Shown: positions 1 through 11,802, counted from the stretch's first letter. The stretch is 64,000 nucleotides of DNA from an uncultured Trueperaceae bacterium (GCA_963815215.1 CAWFFU010000010.1:96001-160000); one strand, 5' to 3'. Translations and numbers: made by a program. Notes: generated from the letters alone by a model not told the origin.

Positions 1-933
1 GGCCGCGAGGAAGGCGCCGGCCGTGAGCGGAGCCACCCAGCGCGCCAGCGCCGACGCCACATCGAGCCAGCCGAACAGCACGGCCACCACCGCCATCAGG
101 AAGGTACCGGCCGCGATCGACTTGGTCCAGGTGTAGAGGCTGACGCGCTCGTCCCAGGGGCGCTTGTGGGCGACGTCATAGGTGACCATGGCCGCCGCCG
201 TGTTGCTGGTGCTCCAGCCCGCCGGCAGCCGGCTCCCGCCGTGGCCCGCCAGGTCGTCGGGCTGTTCGCTCCACTGGTGCAGCCCGCCGGGAGGCGTGGC
301 GGCCGCCAACGGGTCGAGCAGCGCCTGGTCGATGCCCATGTAGTAGAGCTTGGGGTGGGTGTTCTTCTCGGGGCGACGCACGGCGACGTTCTCGCGCGCC
401 ACCAGCCGCGCCACCTTGCTGTCGGGCTGGTGGATGTCGCCGACCAGGATGGCCTCGGCCGGACACACCGAGACGCAGGCCGGCTCGAGCCCCTCGTCGA
501 TACGGTGGCTGCACATGTTGCACTTCTCGGCGCTGCCGTCGTCGGGGTTGATGAAGATGGCGTCGTAGGGGCACGCGGCGATGCAGGCCTTACAGCCGAT
601 GCACACGTCCTTGTCGAAGTCGACGATGCCGTCGGGGCGCTGATACATGGCCGTGACCGGGCAGGCGGCCACGCACGGCGGGTCCTCGCACTGGTTGCAG
701 CGCGTCACCTGGAAGCTGCGCCGGGTGTTGGGGAAGACGCCCTTCTCGACGTGCTTGACGAAGGTGCGGGTGACGCCGACGGGCACCTCGTTCTCGCTCT
801 TGCAGGCGACCGTGCAGGCGTGGCAGCCCACGCAGCGGGTGTGGTCGATGACCTTGATCCACTGCGGGTCGTGACGGCGGTAGAGGTCGTCGAGCAGGGC
901 GGCGCCCCGCTCGGCCGGTGCCGGATGGGTCAT
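1..933 (-). CDS. 4Fe-4S dicluster protein (DmsB/NrfC/PsrB-like) fused to a NrfD/PsrC-like membrane domain; 3' end lies outside the window
   Basis: Not in the ORF track because it has no stop in the window. Manual translation from ATG 933: MTHP...WIKVIDHTRCVGCHACTVACKSEN...CNQCEDPPCVAACP...CIGCKACIAACPY...KCNMCSHR...PACVSVCP, then PWDERVSLYTWTKSIAAG and hydrophobic helices. Confidence 0.9.
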   Translation of the reverse strand, partial: MTHPAPAERGAALLDDLYRRHDPQWIKVIDHTRCVGCHACTVACKSENEVPVGVTRTFVKHVEKGVFPNTRRSFQVTRCNQCEDPPCVAACPVTAMYQRPDGIVDFDKDVCIGCKACIAACPYDAIFINPDDGSAEKCNMCSHRIDEGLEPACVSVCPAEAILVGDIHQPDSKVARLVARENVAVRRPEKNTHPKLYYMGIDQALLDPLAAATPPGGLHQWSEQPDDLAGHGGSRLPAGWSTSNTAAAMVTYDVAHKRPWDERVSLYTWTKSIAAGTFLMAVVAVLFGWLDVASALARWVAPLTAGAFLAA

Positions 934-937
934 GGAC

Positions 938-953
938 TGTGATTTTAAATCAA
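938..953 (-). promoter_or_regulatory. AT-rich palindrome TGATTT-T-AAATCA overlapping a -10 box (TAAAAT, 8 nt before the ATG of the 4Fe-4S gene)
   Basis: Perfect 6-1-6 inverted repeat at 940-952 in an AT-rich patch of a GC-rich sequence. Confidence 0.55.
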
Positions 954-1112
954 AAATTGCTGAGACACAATTCGGCGACCCTGGGGCGGGAGGTCGACCG
1001 TACGCTGCAGGACGCCCCGGCGCGTTCCGGTGGGCGTCCGTCCGGCTATCATGCGGCGGATGGAAGACGCACGCGACCACCCCGCGCCGCCCCCGTCGGG
1101 GTCGGGAGGAGC

Positions 1113-1985
1113 ATGAGTGAGGGGCCCACTGCGCTCCTCGGGCGCCTCGAGACCCTCGAGGAGGAGCTGGCTGGCGTCCTCGGCGTTGCGGCGCATCGAC
1201 TGGAGCGGGCCGAGCGCGGGAACGCCGCCGCGCGGGGGGCGGCCTCGTACCGCTCGGACGAGGGTTTCCCCGCCGCCTCCACCATCAAGGTGTTCGTCCT
1301 GCAGGCGCTGCTCGAGCGCGTCGCGGCCGGTCGTATCGGCTTGGACGACGAGATCGAGCTGCGGGGGGTCGACCAGGTTACCGGGTCAGGGGTCCTGAAG
1401 GCCCTGTCGCCGGGCCGCGCCTACACGGTGCGCGACCTGGCGACCCTGATGATCGTCGTCAGCGACAACACCGCGACGAACCTCCTGATCGAGCGCCTGG
1501 GCGTGGACGCGGTCAACGACGCCACCGCGGCGCACGGCTGGCGCGAGACGCACCTGGCAGGCCTGCTGCAACGGCCCGACCTGCGCGCTGCTGGGGACAC
1601 GCGGGTCTCGACCACCTCGCCGCGCGACCTCGCCGACGCCTTCGCGCGGCTGTGGCGAGGGGAGCTGCTACCCCCCGACCTGACCGAGGTCGCCCGCGGC
1701 ATCTACCGCCGGCAGCAGGCGACCGACCTGCTCGGTCGGTTCCTGCCCTTCGACGCCTACCGCACCGAGACCGGCGAGGACCGCTTCGTCATCGCCTCCA
1801 AGTACGGGGCGTTGCGCGGGGTGCGCAACGACGCCGGAGTGATCGACGACGGAGACGTCCGCTACGTCGTCGCCGTCATGACGCGCGGCTGCCCCGACGA
1901 GCGCTTCCATCCCGACAACCGCGGCAGCCTGGTCGTGAGCCGGGTGTCGCGCGCACTCTACGAGCACTTCGTGCCCGGCGCCTAG
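1113..1985 (+). CDS. Class A beta-lactamase-like serine hydrolase (Beta-lactamase2 family)
   Basis: FPAASTIK (SxxK), SDN and KYG (KTG-like) motifs; GGAGG RBS before ATG 1113. Confidence 0.85.
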   Translation: MSEGPTALLGRLETLEEELAGVLGVAAHRLERAERGNAAARGAASYRSDEGFPAASTIKVFVLQALLERVAAGRIGLDDEIELRGVDQVTGSGVLKALSPGRAYTVRDLATLMIVVSDNTATNLLIERLGVDAVNDATAAHGWRETHLAGLLQRPDLRAAGDTRVSTTSPRDLADAFARLWRGELLPPDLTEVARGIYRRQQATDLLGRFLPFDAYRTETGEDRFVIASKYGALRGVRNDAGVIDDGDVRYVVAVMTRGCPDERFHPDNRGSLVVSRVSRALYEHFVPGA

Positions 1986-2070
1986 CGCTCCGGGCGGGCC
2001 GAGGGACGTCGCTTGGGGAGTGCGGCTCCGTCGGCGCCGGCGTCGGGGAGCGCCCCGGCCGCCGGCCGGG

Positions 2071-3186
2071 CTACCGCGCCCTCGCCGTGTTGGCGTTGTC
2101 GTGCCGGAACTCCGGCCAGGAGGACGCTGCCGGCCCGTAGGCGCCGCCGTTGACGGCATAGAGATCGTTGTCCCAGGAGCCGACGTAGATGGTGCCGTGG
2201 TCGCCGACGGCCGGCGACGAGGTGATGTAGTACGCCGTCTTCACCTTCCACGCCAGCGTGCCGTCGGGGTGGAGCGCGTACAGGTGCTCGTCGTCGGAGC
2301 CGACGTAGATCGTGCCGTCCCGTCCCACGGCCGGCGACGAGGTGATGTAGTCGCCGGTCTTGAAGGCCCAGGCGAGGCTGCCGTCGGGCTTGAGCGCCAC
2401 CAGGTCGTGGCTCTCCGAGCCGACGTAGATCGTCCCGTCCGGCGCGATGGCGGGCGAGGAGTACACGATGTCGCCGGTGGCGTAGCTCCAGCGCAGCTTC
2501 CCGCCCGGGCCGAAGGCGTACACGGAGCCGCCGCTGGAGCCCACGACGACCTCGCCGCCCGGCCCCAGCGCCGGAGAGGACAGCACCTCGCCGCCCGTCT
2601 GCGCCTTCCAGGCGAGCGTGCCGTCGGGGCGCACGGCGTAGAGGAAGGTGTCGTTCGAGCCGACGTAGATCGTCCCGTCCGGCGCGATGGCGGGCGAAGA
2701 GTAGACGATGCCGCCGGTCGCGAAGCGCCACGCCACCGTGCCGTCGGGGTGGAAGGCGTAGAGGTTGCCGTCGCCCGAGCCGACGTAGATGGTCCCGTCG
2801 GGCGCGATGGCCGGCGAGGAGTTGACCCCGTCGCCGGCCCGCGTCTTCCACGCCAGCGTGCCGTCGGGGTGGAAGGCGTAGAGGTTGCCGTCGCCCGAGC
2901 CGACGTAGATGGTGCCGTCCGATCCCACCGCGGGCGAGGAGTACACGATGCCGCCGGTCGACGCCTTCCACTTCAGGCTGCCGCCGGGAGTGAAGGCGTA
3001 GAGCCGGCCATCGTCGGAGCCGACGTAGATGGTGCCGTCGGGCGCGATGGCCGGCGAGGACTGGATCCAGTCGCCGGTCGGGTAGCGCCAGGCCACGCTG
3101 CCGGCAGCGGGAGCCTGGCCGTGAGCCGCAGACGCGACCGCCACCAGCGTGACGAGGGCGAGCGTGAGGAGGCGCGGGCGCGTCAT
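2071..3186 (-). CDS. Secreted PQQ-like (BamB-like) beta-propeller repeat protein
   Basis: Signal peptide MTRPRLLTLALVTLVAVASAAHG, then eight ~40-aa repeats W..TG....SSPAI..DGTIYVGS.DG.LYA..PDG. Confidence 0.85.
   Translation of the reverse strand: MTRPRLLTLALVTLVAVASAAHGQAPAAGSVAWRYPTGDWIQSSPAIAPDGTIYVGSDDGRLYAFTPGGSLKWKASTGGIVYSSPAVGSDGTIYVGSGDGNLYAFHPDGTLAWKTRAGDGVNSSPAIAPDGTIYVGSGDGNLYAFHPDGTVAWRFATGGIVYSSPAIAPDGTIYVGSNDTFLYAVRPDGTLAWKAQTGGEVLSSPALGPGGEVVVGSSGGSVYAFGPGGKLRWSYATGDIVYSSPAIAPDGTIYVGSESHDLVALKPDGSLAWAFKTGDYITSSPAVGRDGTIYVGSDDEHLYALHPDGTLAWKVKTAYYITSSPAVGDHGTIYVGSWDNDLYAVNGGAYGPAASSWPEFRHDNANTARAR
2160..3080 (-). repeat. 120-bp coding tandem repeats (propeller blades)
   Basis: GAGCCGACGTAGAT recurs at 120-nt intervals, with one divergent copy. 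Confidence 0.85.
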
Positions 3187-3275
3187 CGGCCGTAGCCTAC
3201 GGCCCGACGCTTCGGTTCGTGTGAGCGTGCCGGCCGGCGACCGCTCGGGGCACCCGCCGGGGCAACCGGCGAGGC

Positions 3276-4259
3276 TCAGGTGGAGGGGTTCGCGGTCTCC
3301 TCGCTCCGGTCCGTCGCGGGTGGCGGCGCCGGCGACAGCGCGGAGAGCTCCACGCGCTGCTCGGGGGAGAGCTCGAGCTCGGCGGCGGCCAGTGAGGGCT
3401 CGAGTTGCTCCACGTCGCGGGCGCCGATGATCGGCGCGGTGACGCCGGGGTGGCTCCGCACCCAGGCGACGGCCAGCGTGGCGGGGTGCACGTCGCGCTC
3501 GCGGGCGTAGACGGTGAGCGCGTCGGCCACGTGCAGGTAGCGTTCGCCGCCGTAGCGCGAGGCGTACATGCTGTTGTCGACCAGGCGTCCGCCGTCGGGC
3601 CTGCGGCCGACGCCGTACTTGCCGGTGAGCAGCCCGCCTCCGAGTGGGCTGTAGGGCACGACGGCCAGGCGTTCGGCCTGCGCCATCGGCAGGATCTCCA
3701 CCTCGACCTGGCGCTTGGCGAGGCTGTACATCGGCTGAACCACCTCGAAGCGCGCGAGCTGCTCGCGCGCGCTGACGCCGAGCGCCTTCTCGATCTGCCA
3801 GGCCGCCCAGTTGCTGACGGCAGGGTAGAGGATGAGACCGCGCTGCACGAGGTGATCCAGAGCGCGCACGGCCTCGTCGATGGGCGTCAGCGGGTCGAAC
3901 TGGTGGACGTAGTAGACGTCGATTCGATCGGTCTGCAGGCGGCGCAGGCTCGCCTCGACAGCACGGATCAGGTTGCGCCTGGAGAGGCCGCGGTCGTTGG
4001 GGTCGTCGCTCATGCGCCCGAACCCCTTGCTGGCGATGACCAGCTCGTCGCGATGGTCGCGCATGAGCGTGCCCAGGATGGACTCCGAACGGCCCCGGCC
4101 GTAGACGTTGGCGGTGTCGAAGAAGTTGATGCCGGCATCGAGGCAGCGCCGGAACAGGCGCGCGGACTCGGTCTCGTCGGCAGTGGTGCCGAAGGACATG
4201 GTGCCGAAGCAGAGCGAGGAGACCTGTACGCCGGTGCGGCCGAGAGTGCGGAGTTCCAT
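3276..4259 (-). CDS. Aldo/keto reductase
   Basis: LCFGTMSFG, FFDTANVYG, SLRRLQTDRIDVYYVH, YSPLGGGLLTGKY. Confidence 0.92.
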   Translation of the reverse strand: MELRTLGRTGVQVSSLCFGTMSFGTTADETESARLFRRCLDAGINFFDTANVYGRGRSESILGTLMRDHRDELVIASKGFGRMSDDPNDRGLSRRNLIRAVEASLRRLQTDRIDVYYVHQFDPLTPIDEAVRALDHLVQRGLILYPAVSNWAAWQIEKALGVSAREQLARFEVVQPMYSLAKRQVEVEILPMAQAERLAVVPYSPLGGGLLTGKYGVGRRPDGGRLVDNSMYASRYGGERYLHVADALTVYARERDVHPATLAVAWVRSHPGVTAPIIGARDVEQLEPSLAAAELELSPEQRVELSALSPAPPPATDRSEETANPST

Positions 4260-4398
4260 GGTGCCCCTTTCCGGGTGATGGCTCGAGGGAGTCGGTGGCG
4301 GTGGCCGCGGTCAGCATAGCGGGTGGCCGGCTGCGGGCGCCCGCTATGCCGCCGGCGCCGCCGGAGCGTGTCCAGGCGTAGGCCCGCGGGTCGATCGG

Positions 4399-5865
4399 CT
4401 AGCTGCGGGCGTGCCGCCGCAGCACCGACCGCGCCGCGTGGAAGCCGGCCATGCCGTGCGTGCCCCCGCCCGGCGGCGTGGCCGCTGAGCACAGGTACAG
4501 GCGGGGATCGGGGGTCGCGTAGGGGTCGGTGCGGAGGACCGGCCGCGCGAGCGCTTGGCGGAGGTCCAGCACTCCGCCGTTGATATCGCCCCCGACGTAG
4601 TTCGGGTTGTAGATCTCCAGGGCCGGCGCGGTGGTCGTCGCGCGGGCCAGGACGTGCGCCCGGAAGCCGGGCGCGAAGCGCTCGATCTGCGCCTCGATGC
4701 GATCGGTCATGTCGGCCGTCGAACCGTTGGGCACGTGGCAGTACGCCCACAGGGTGTGCTTGCCGGCAGGGGCGCGGGTGGTGTCGAAGAGGCTGGGTTG
4801 GGCCAGCAGCACGTAGGGACGTTCCGGCGCGCGGCCCAGGGCCACCGCGCTCTCCGAGGCGGCGATCTCCTCCAGCGTTCCGCCCAGGTGCACGGTCCCG
4901 GCCCGGTCGCAGGCCTCGGCCTGCCATGGCACGGGCCCGTCCAGGGCGTAGTCGACCTTGAACACGCCGGGTCCGTAGCGGTAGTTCCGCAGTCGGCGCC
5001 GGTAGGCCTCGGGCAGCCGGTCGCCGGCCACCCGCAGCACCTCCTTGGGCGTGAGGTCGAGGAGCACCACCCGGCTCGTCGGCACGTCCGCCAGGTCGTC
5101 GACGCGCTGCCCGGTGAGGATCTCGCCGCCGTGAGTCAGGATCTCGGCTGCGAGCGCATCGGCGATGGCCTGCGAGCCGCCTCGCGCCACCGGCCAGCCG
5201 ACCGCGTGAGCTGCCGCCGCGAGCACCGTGGCGGCGGCGCTGCTCAACGGCGCCTCCAGCGGCAGCATGCCGTGTGCTGCGAGGCCCGCCCAGAGCGCGC
5301 GGGCGGGCTCGTCGGCGAAGCTGCGACGCGCCAGCCAGCGCGCCGCAGGGAGCGCGCGCAGGCCGAAGCGGGCGTAGCCGAGCGGGTCCCCCGGCCAGTG
5401 CAGCGGGGGCGCCAGTACGTCGTGGATCAGCCTGTTCCAGCTCTGCGCCAGCGGCATGACCAGCGCTCGGTAGGCCGCGCCGTCGCGGCCGAGCGCCGAG
5501 CAGGTGGCGGCCAGATCGAGCTCGAGTACCGCAGCGCGGCCGCCGTCGAGCGGGTGCGCGACGGGCAGGGGCGGCTGGATCCAGGCCAGCCCGTGACGCT
5601 CGAGCGCCAGCGAACGCAGGGCCGGAGAGCCTACGGCGAGCGGGTGGACCGCGGAGCACACGTCGTGCGCGAAGCCGGGCAGGGTCAGCGCGGCGGTGCG
5701 CGCACCGCCGCCGATCCGTTCGTGGGCTTCGAGCACCAGCACGCGCCATCCCTCGCGCGCCAACAACGCCGCGGCGGTGAGGCCGTTGGGGCCCGACCCC
5801 ACCACCACGGCGTCGAGGTGCGGCTCCCGGGCGCCGGCGTGGGCGCGGCGCGGGTCGCCGCTCAT
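4399..5865 (-). CDS. Phytoene dehydrogenase-like FAD oxidoreductase (COG1233)
   Basis: [12 protein letters not shown] motif, [30 protein letters not shown] overlaps the upstream stop. Confidence 0.88.
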   Translation of the reverse strand: MSGDPRRAHAGAREPHLDAVVVGSGPNGLTAAALLAREGWRVLVLEAHERIGGGARTAALTLPGFAHDVCSAVHPLAVGSPALRSLALERHGLAWIQPPLPVAHPLDGGRAAVLELDLAATCSALGRDGAAYRALVMPLAQSWNRLIHDVLAPPLHWPGDPLGYARFGLRALPAARWLARRSFADEPARALWAGLAAHGMLPLEAPLSSAAATVLAAAAHAVGWPVARGGSQAIADALAAEILTHGGEILTGQRVDDLADVPTSRVVLLDLTPKEVLRVAGDRLPEAYRRRLRNYRYGPGVFKVDYALDGPVPWQAEACDRAGTVHLGGTLEEIAASESAVALGRAPERPYVLLAQPSLFDTTRAPAGKHTLWAYCHVPNGSTADMTDRIEAQIERFAPGFRAHVLARATTTAPALEIYNPNYVGGDINGGVLDLRQALARPVLRTDPYATPDPRLYLCSAATPPGGGTHGMAGFHAARSVLRRHARS

Positions 5866-6680
5866 GGGTCCCCGGTCGCCTCCCACGTCAACGTCTCCCC
5901 GTCTCGCCGCACGCGCCACGCCCCGCCGATGTGGCTGAAGACCACGCGCGCCCGCTCACGGGCTGCACGTACCATCAACGCCGTCTTGCTGGCGCGCATG
6001 GTGGCGGCATCGACCCAGACCACGTTGTGCGCGGGCTCGTCGAACTCGAAGGCGTGATGGTAGAGGTCGCCGGCCACGTACACGACGTCGCCATCGAGCT
6101 CGGCGCGGGCCAGCATGTGGCCGGGCGACTCGCCGGGTGCCGGTACCAGGCTCAGGCCGTCGCCCAGTTGCACGTCGCCGGGCTCGGCGTCGTTCTCGAC
6201 CAGCGTCAGCAGGCCGGCGCGCTCGACCACCAGCAGGTCCTCGCGCCCCATCGACGCGAACGCGTCGGGGTCCCACTCGGAGCGGCCGAGGTAGTGCCGG
6301 GCGTGCGGGAAGGTGGGCGAGTGTTGCGCGCCTGATTCCTGCGCGCCTGATCCCTGCGCCAGCGCGCCCAGGTGGTCGAAGTGGGCGTGGGTGATGACGA
6401 CGTCGCTGACGTCGGCGGCATCGATGCCGGCGGAGCGGAGCTGGTCCAGGAGGGGAGGAGGTGGCCGGAAGCCGGGCAGCCGGTAAGCCTCGGGCGTCGT
6501 GTCCGCCTGGTAGCTCGGTGCGTCGACCAGCACCGAGCGCCCGGGCAGGGCGAGGTGGTAGGCGAGGACCGGTATGTCGACCGCCCGGGCGGCGGGATGG
6601 TGGTCCGGCAGGTCGTAGTCCTGCCCAAGGTCGAAGCGGAGCCGGGCGATCTCGAGTGGCGTGACGCGCACCTGCTGCAT
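5862..6680 (-). CDS. MBL-fold metallohydrolase
   Basis: [22 protein letters not shown] and TATCAT upstream of ATG 6680. Confidence 0.82.
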   Translation of the reverse strand: MQQVRVTPLEIARLRFDLGQDYDLPDHHPAARAVDIPVLAYHLALPGRSVLVDAPSYQADTTPEAYRLPGFRPPPPLLDQLRSAGIDAADVSDVVITHAHFDHLGALAQGSGAQESGAQHSPTFPHARHYLGRSEWDPDAFASMGREDLLVVERAGLLTLVENDAEPGDVQLGDGLSLVPAPGESPGHMLARAELDGDVVYVAGDLYHHAFEFDEPAHNVVWVDAATMRASKTALMVRAARERARVVFSHIGGAWRVRRDGETLTWEATGDP

Positions 6681-6814
6681 GACGGCCTCCTGGGACCGCA
6701 TGATACGCAGCGGACGCGGGCGAGCCGGCCCTTGGCGGCGGCGGTGCGCTCCTACGAGCCCGCGTCGCGCGACTCCTGCTTGGCTGCCGTCGAGCGTCGC
6801 GGGCGCTGTGCGGA

Positions 6815-7801
<987 letters not shown>

Positions 7802-8049
7802 GCTGCCTCCTTCGTCGGACGTTGCGGTGCGCTGCTACGTTCGAGGGATCCGTTCGGTGGGGAGGGAGCGCGTCCCCTCCCTGGCTCTCCATCTTCGTCG
7901 CGGATCGGCGGCGCTCATGTTCTGCCGGCCACGGAGGTCGACAGGGGCGCCGCCGCGCTACTCTCGCGTCGCCCACGGGGTGCGAGACTGCCCTCCATGC
8001 CGCCGTCGGGGATGCGGGCCCGGCGGCGAAGCCGGAGAGGAGTCCCGCC

Positions 8050-9207
8050 GTGCCGCTGCGCGCAGGTTCGCCGCTCACCCTGGTGCTCGCCCTGTTCACC
8101 GGCATCTCGGTGGCCAACCTCTACTACACCCAACCCCTGCTCGACACGCTCGGTCGCAGCTTCGGCCTCGCGGGCGGGAGCGCCGGCCTGATCGTCACCG
8201 TGACCCAGCTCGGCTACGCGGCGGGGCTGGTGCTGGTGGTGCCGCTGGGCGATCTGGTGGACCGGCGCCGCTTGGTCTCGGGCGTGTCGGTGCTCACGTC
8301 TCTGGCGCTGCTGGGCGCGGCGCTGGCGCCGAGCTTCGGGCTGTTCCAGCTCGCCGGCGCGGCTATCGGCCTCACCGCCGTGGTGGCCCAGGTGCTGATC
8401 CCGTTCGCCGCGCACCTGGCCGCCGACGCCGACCGCGGGCGGGTGCTGGGCCGGGTCATGACCGGGCTGCTGCTCGGGGTGCTGCTGGCGCGGGTCGCGG
8501 CGGGCTTCGTGGCCGACGCGCTGGGGTGGCGCGCGCTCTTCGAGATCGCGGCCGGGCTGATGCTGGCGCAGGCGGTCGCCCTGTGGCTGCTGCTACCTCC
8601 GGGTCGAGGCGAGGCGCGCCTGGCCTATCCGGCGCTGCTGCGCTCGGTGGGACGGTTGGTGCGCGAGGAGCCGCTGCTGCGCCGGCGCGCGCTCTACGGC
8701 ATGAGCGTGTTCGGTGCCTTCAGTGTGCTGTGGACGGGACTGCCGTTCCTGCTGGCGCGGCCCCCCTACGGCTATGGCGATGGCGTCATCGGGCTGTTCG
8801 GCTTGCTGGGCGTAGCCGGCGCGCTCTCCGCCTCGTTCGCCGGGCACCTGCACGACCGCGGCCGCAGCCGTGCCGGGACCGGCGCCTTCCTGGCCCTCAC
8901 GGTGGGCGCCTTCGTGCTGATGGGGGCGCTGCCCCACGCGTTGCCGGCACTGGTGGCGGGCGTCGTGCTGCTCGATCTCGGGGTCCAGGGCACGCAGGTC
9001 CTAAACCAGAGCACCATCTACCAGCTCAGACCCGAGGCGCGCAGCCGCCTCACCACCGCCTACATGACGACGTTCTTCCTGGGGGGCGCGCTGGGCTCGG
9101 CCGCCTCCGCGCTGGCCTTCTCGCGCTTCGGCTGGACCGGTGTGGCGGCGGCCGGTGTTGCCTTCGGCGCCGTCGGACTGGGCGTGTGGCTGACCCGGAA
9201 ACGCTGA
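8050..9207 (+). CDS. MFS transporter
   Basis: ANLYYTQPLL, PLGDLVDRRR (motif A), about 12 TM segments; GTG start after AGAGGAG inferred. Confidence 0.85.
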   Translation: MPLRAGSPLTLVLALFTGISVANLYYTQPLLDTLGRSFGLAGGSAGLIVTVTQLGYAAGLVLVVPLGDLVDRRRLVSGVSVLTSLALLGAALAPSFGLFQLAGAAIGLTAVVAQVLIPFAAHLAADADRGRVLGRVMTGLLLGVLLARVAAGFVADALGWRALFEIAAGLMLAQAVALWLLLPPGRGEARLAYPALLRSVGRLVREEPLLRRRALYGMSVFGAFSVLWTGLPFLLARPPYGYGDGVIGLFGLLGVAGALSASFAGHLHDRGRSRAGTGAFLALTVGAFVLMGALPHALPALVAGVVLLDLGVQGTQVLNQSTIYQLRPEARSRLTTAYMTTFFLGGALGSAASALAFSRFGWTGVAAAGVAFGAVGLGVWLTRKR

Positions 9208-9225
9208 TCGCGCGCCGGCGCGACC

Positions 9226-10755
9226 TCAGCGCAGCTCGGCGGGCAGCAACGCCTTCGGGAAGTTCTGGTACGCCACCAGCCGCGTGAACCGCTCGATGGC
9301 ACGCGCGCCGACCGAGGTGGTGCGGCCGTCGGAGGTCGCCGGGTAGGGGCCGCCGTGGACCATCGCGCGGCACACCTCGACCCCGGTGGGGACCTGGTTC
9401 ACCAGCAGCCGGCCGGCCTTACGCTCGAGCGCCGCCACCAGCGGCCGATAGCGCTCCCACTCGTCGTCCTCGCCGTGCAGCGTGGCGGTGAGTTGCCCCT
9501 CCATGACGCCGGCGAACGCCAGCAGCTCGTCGTCGCTGCGGTAGCGGACCAGCACTGTGCTGGGCCCGAACACCTCCTGCGTGAGGCGGGGGTCGTCGAC
9601 GGCCGCGGACGCATCGGTCTCCCACACGGCCGCGCTGGCGGCCGTCAGGCCGGCGGCGCGGTGGCCCTCGGCCAGGCGCTGTGCGCCGGCGTCGACCAGC
9701 CGCTGCAGGCCCGCGCCGAACGCCCGGTGGATGCCGGCGGTCAGCATGGCGTGGGCCTCGGCCTTGCGGGCGCCCTCGACCAGCCGATCGCGCAGCGCGT
9801 CGCCCGCTTCGCCGGCCTCGAGCAGCACGATGCCGGGGTTGGTGCAGAACTGCCCCGCTCCCAGCGTGAACGACGCCAGCAGGGCGTCGGCGATGGGTCC
9901 GGGGCGGCGGCGCGTCGCCAGCGGCAGCACGAACACCGGGTTGACGCTGCTCATCTCCGCGTAGACCGGGATGGGATCGGGTCGCTCGCCGGCCAGCCGC
10001 ATCAGCGCCTGTCCGCCGGAGCGCGAGCCGGTGAACCCCACGGCGCGCACCAGCGCGTGGCGCACCAGCGCCTGTCCCACCTCGTAGCCGTCGTCGAACA
10101 GCAGCGAGAACACGCCGTCGGGCATGCCCTGCTCGCGCGCGGCGGCGCGCACGGCGCGACCCACCAGTTCGGACGTGCCGGGATGGGCTGGGTGCGCCTT
10201 GACGATCACGGGGCAGCCGGCGGCGAGGGCGGAGGCGGTGTCGCCGCCGGCCACCGAGAACGCCAGTGGGAAATTGCTGGCACCGAACACCGCCACCGGA
10301 CCGAGCGGGCGTCGCAGGGAGCGCACGTCGGGCTTGGGTGCGGGGTTCCGCTTGGGGTCTCCGGCGTCGATCCGGACGTCGAGCCAGTCGCCCTCGTCGA
10401 GCAGCGTCGCGAACAGCCGGAGCTGGTTGGCGGTCCGGCCCAGCTCGCCGGTCAAGCGTGCGTCGCCCAGCGCCGTCTCGCGATCAGCGCGCTCGATGAT
10501 GGGTTCGCCGCGGGCCTCCAGCTCGGCCGCGATGGCGCGCAGGAAGTCGGCGCGTTCCGCCGGTGGGGTGGCGGCGTAGGCCGGAAACGCGTGCTCGGCG
10601 GCGGAGGCGGCGCGGTCCAGATCGGCCGGGCGGGTGGGATGGAAGGCGGGCTCGAGCCGTTCGCCGGTGCGGGCGTCGGTGGCGTGGAAGGTGCGCTCCC
10701 CGGGCTCGGCGCTCGCCAGGCCGATCAGAGAGAGCCCCTTCAGCGTCCCCGGCAT
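9226..10755 (-). CDS. lhpG: Alpha-ketoglutarate semialdehyde dehydrogenase (NADP+ ALDH)
   Basis: VFGASNFPLAFSVAGGDTASA, FTGS, AEMSSVNP, GQFCTNPG, HGGPYPATSD; hydroxyproline cluster context. Confidence 0.85.
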   Translation of the reverse strand: MPGTLKGLSLIGLASAEPGERTFHATDARTGERLEPAFHPTRPADLDRAASAAEHAFPAYAATPPAERADFLRAIAAELEARGEPIIERADRETALGDARLTGELGRTANQLRLFATLLDEGDWLDVRIDAGDPKRNPAPKPDVRSLRRPLGPVAVFGASNFPLAFSVAGGDTASALAAGCPVIVKAHPAHPGTSELVGRAVRAAAREQGMPDGVFSLLFDDGYEVGQALVRHALVRAVGFTGSRSGGQALMRLAGERPDPIPVYAEMSSVNPVFVLPLATRRRPGPIADALLASFTLGAGQFCTNPGIVLLEAGEAGDALRDRLVEGARKAEAHAMLTAGIHRAFGAGLQRLVDAGAQRLAEGHRAAGLTAASAAVWETDASAAVDDPRLTQEVFGPSTVLVRYRSDDELLAFAGVMEGQLTATLHGEDDEWERYRPLVAALERKAGRLLVNQVPTGVEVCRAMVHGGPYPATSDGRTTSVGARAIERFTRLVAYQNFPKALLPAELR

Positions 10756-11708
10756 CACGCCGCGCCCGTCGGGGTGGGGCGTGTGGCGAGCGCGATGGCG
10801 ATGACCCGTTCGGCTTCGGCGCGCTCATCGCCGGCCAGCTCCAGCCGTGGCGGCCGCACGCGTGCGTTGCCGTGCCCGACGCGCTCCTGCACTAGTTTGA
10901 TGAGCTGCACGAACTTCGGCACCGTGTCGAGCCTCAGCAGCGGCAGGAACCAGCGGTAGAGCGCGAACGCCTCCTCGGTCCGCCCTTGGCGCGCCAGCTC
11001 GAACAACGCCACGGACTCCGCCGGGAAGGCGTTGACCAGCCCCGCGACCCAGCCCACGGCGCCGGCCGCGATCCCCTCGACGATGGCGTCGTCGACGCCC
11101 ACCAGGATCTCGAGGCGCTCGCCGGTCAGCGCGCGCAGGGCGGTGACGCGGCGCACGTCGGTGCTGGACTCCTTGACGGCGACCAGGTTGGGGTGTTCGG
11201 ACGCGAGCTCGGCCACCTGCTCCGGCGTGAAGTCGGTGGTGTAGGCCACCGGGTTGTTGTAGAGCATGCAGGGGAGCGAGGTCGCCTCCAGCACGGCGGC
11301 GACGTGGGCCTTCATCTCGCGCCAATCGGTGCTGTAGACGTAGGGGGGCAGCACCATCAGGCCGCGGGCGCCGACCGCCTCGACGGCCCGCGCGAAGCGC
11401 ACCGCCTCGGCGGTGGCGAGCGCGGCCACGCCGGGGATGACGGGGGCGCGTCCGTCGAGCGCGCCCACCAGCGTACGTACCACCGCGACCTTCTCGTCGA
11501 AGGCGAGGGTGGCGGCTTCCCCGAGCGAGCCGCCCGGGACCACGCCGACGCAGCCCTGGTCGACCATCCAGCGGGCGTGCTCGGCGAGGAAGGCGTGATC
11601 GACCTGGAGGTCGGCGTCGAAGGGGGTGGTGATGGCGGGGAGGACGCCGCGCCAATCGACGCCGGTGCTCGAGGGCGAGGATGGCGTCTTGAGGGGGCTC
11701 GCTGCCAT
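10755..11708 (-). CDS. lhpC: DHDPS-family enzyme, likely 1-pyrroline-4-hydroxy-2-carboxylate deaminase
   Basis: [34 protein letters not shown]; context. Confidence 0.8.
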   Translation of the reverse strand: MAASPLKTPSSPSSTGVDWRGVLPAITTPFDADLQVDHAFLAEHARWMVDQGCVGVVPGGSLGEAATLAFDEKVAVVRTLVGALDGRAPVIPGVAALATAEAVRFARAVEAVGARGLMVLPPYVYSTDWREMKAHVAAVLEATSLPCMLYNNPVAYTTDFTPEQVAELASEHPNLVAVKESSTDVRRVTALRALTGERLEILVGVDDAIVEGIAAGAVGWVAGLVNAFPAESVALFELARQGRTEEAFALYRWFLPLLRLDTVPKFVQLIKLVQERVGHGNARVRPPRLELAGDERAEAERVIAIALATRPTPTGAA

Positions 11709-11802
11709 GCGCGATCTCCTTTCGCGGCGGAGGAGGGGACCTCTGCCTGGGGGACGGGCGTTGTCCCGGTCCCGCAGGTGCGTACGGAGCGGGTCGGGGG
11801 CG

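Noticed and set aside
2160..3080. Regularly spaced repeats resembling CRISPR
   Set aside because: In-frame 120-bp coding repeats with homologous intervening sequence; no cas genes
4399..5865. Carotenoid biosynthesis cluster (with the CrtC-like gene at 52781)
   Set aside because: The genes are far apart, both belong to broad families, and no crtB/E/Y is present
6325..6360. 15-bp tandem duplication ([10 protein letters not shown]) in the MBL gene
   Set aside because: Small in-frame loop duplication with no evident significance
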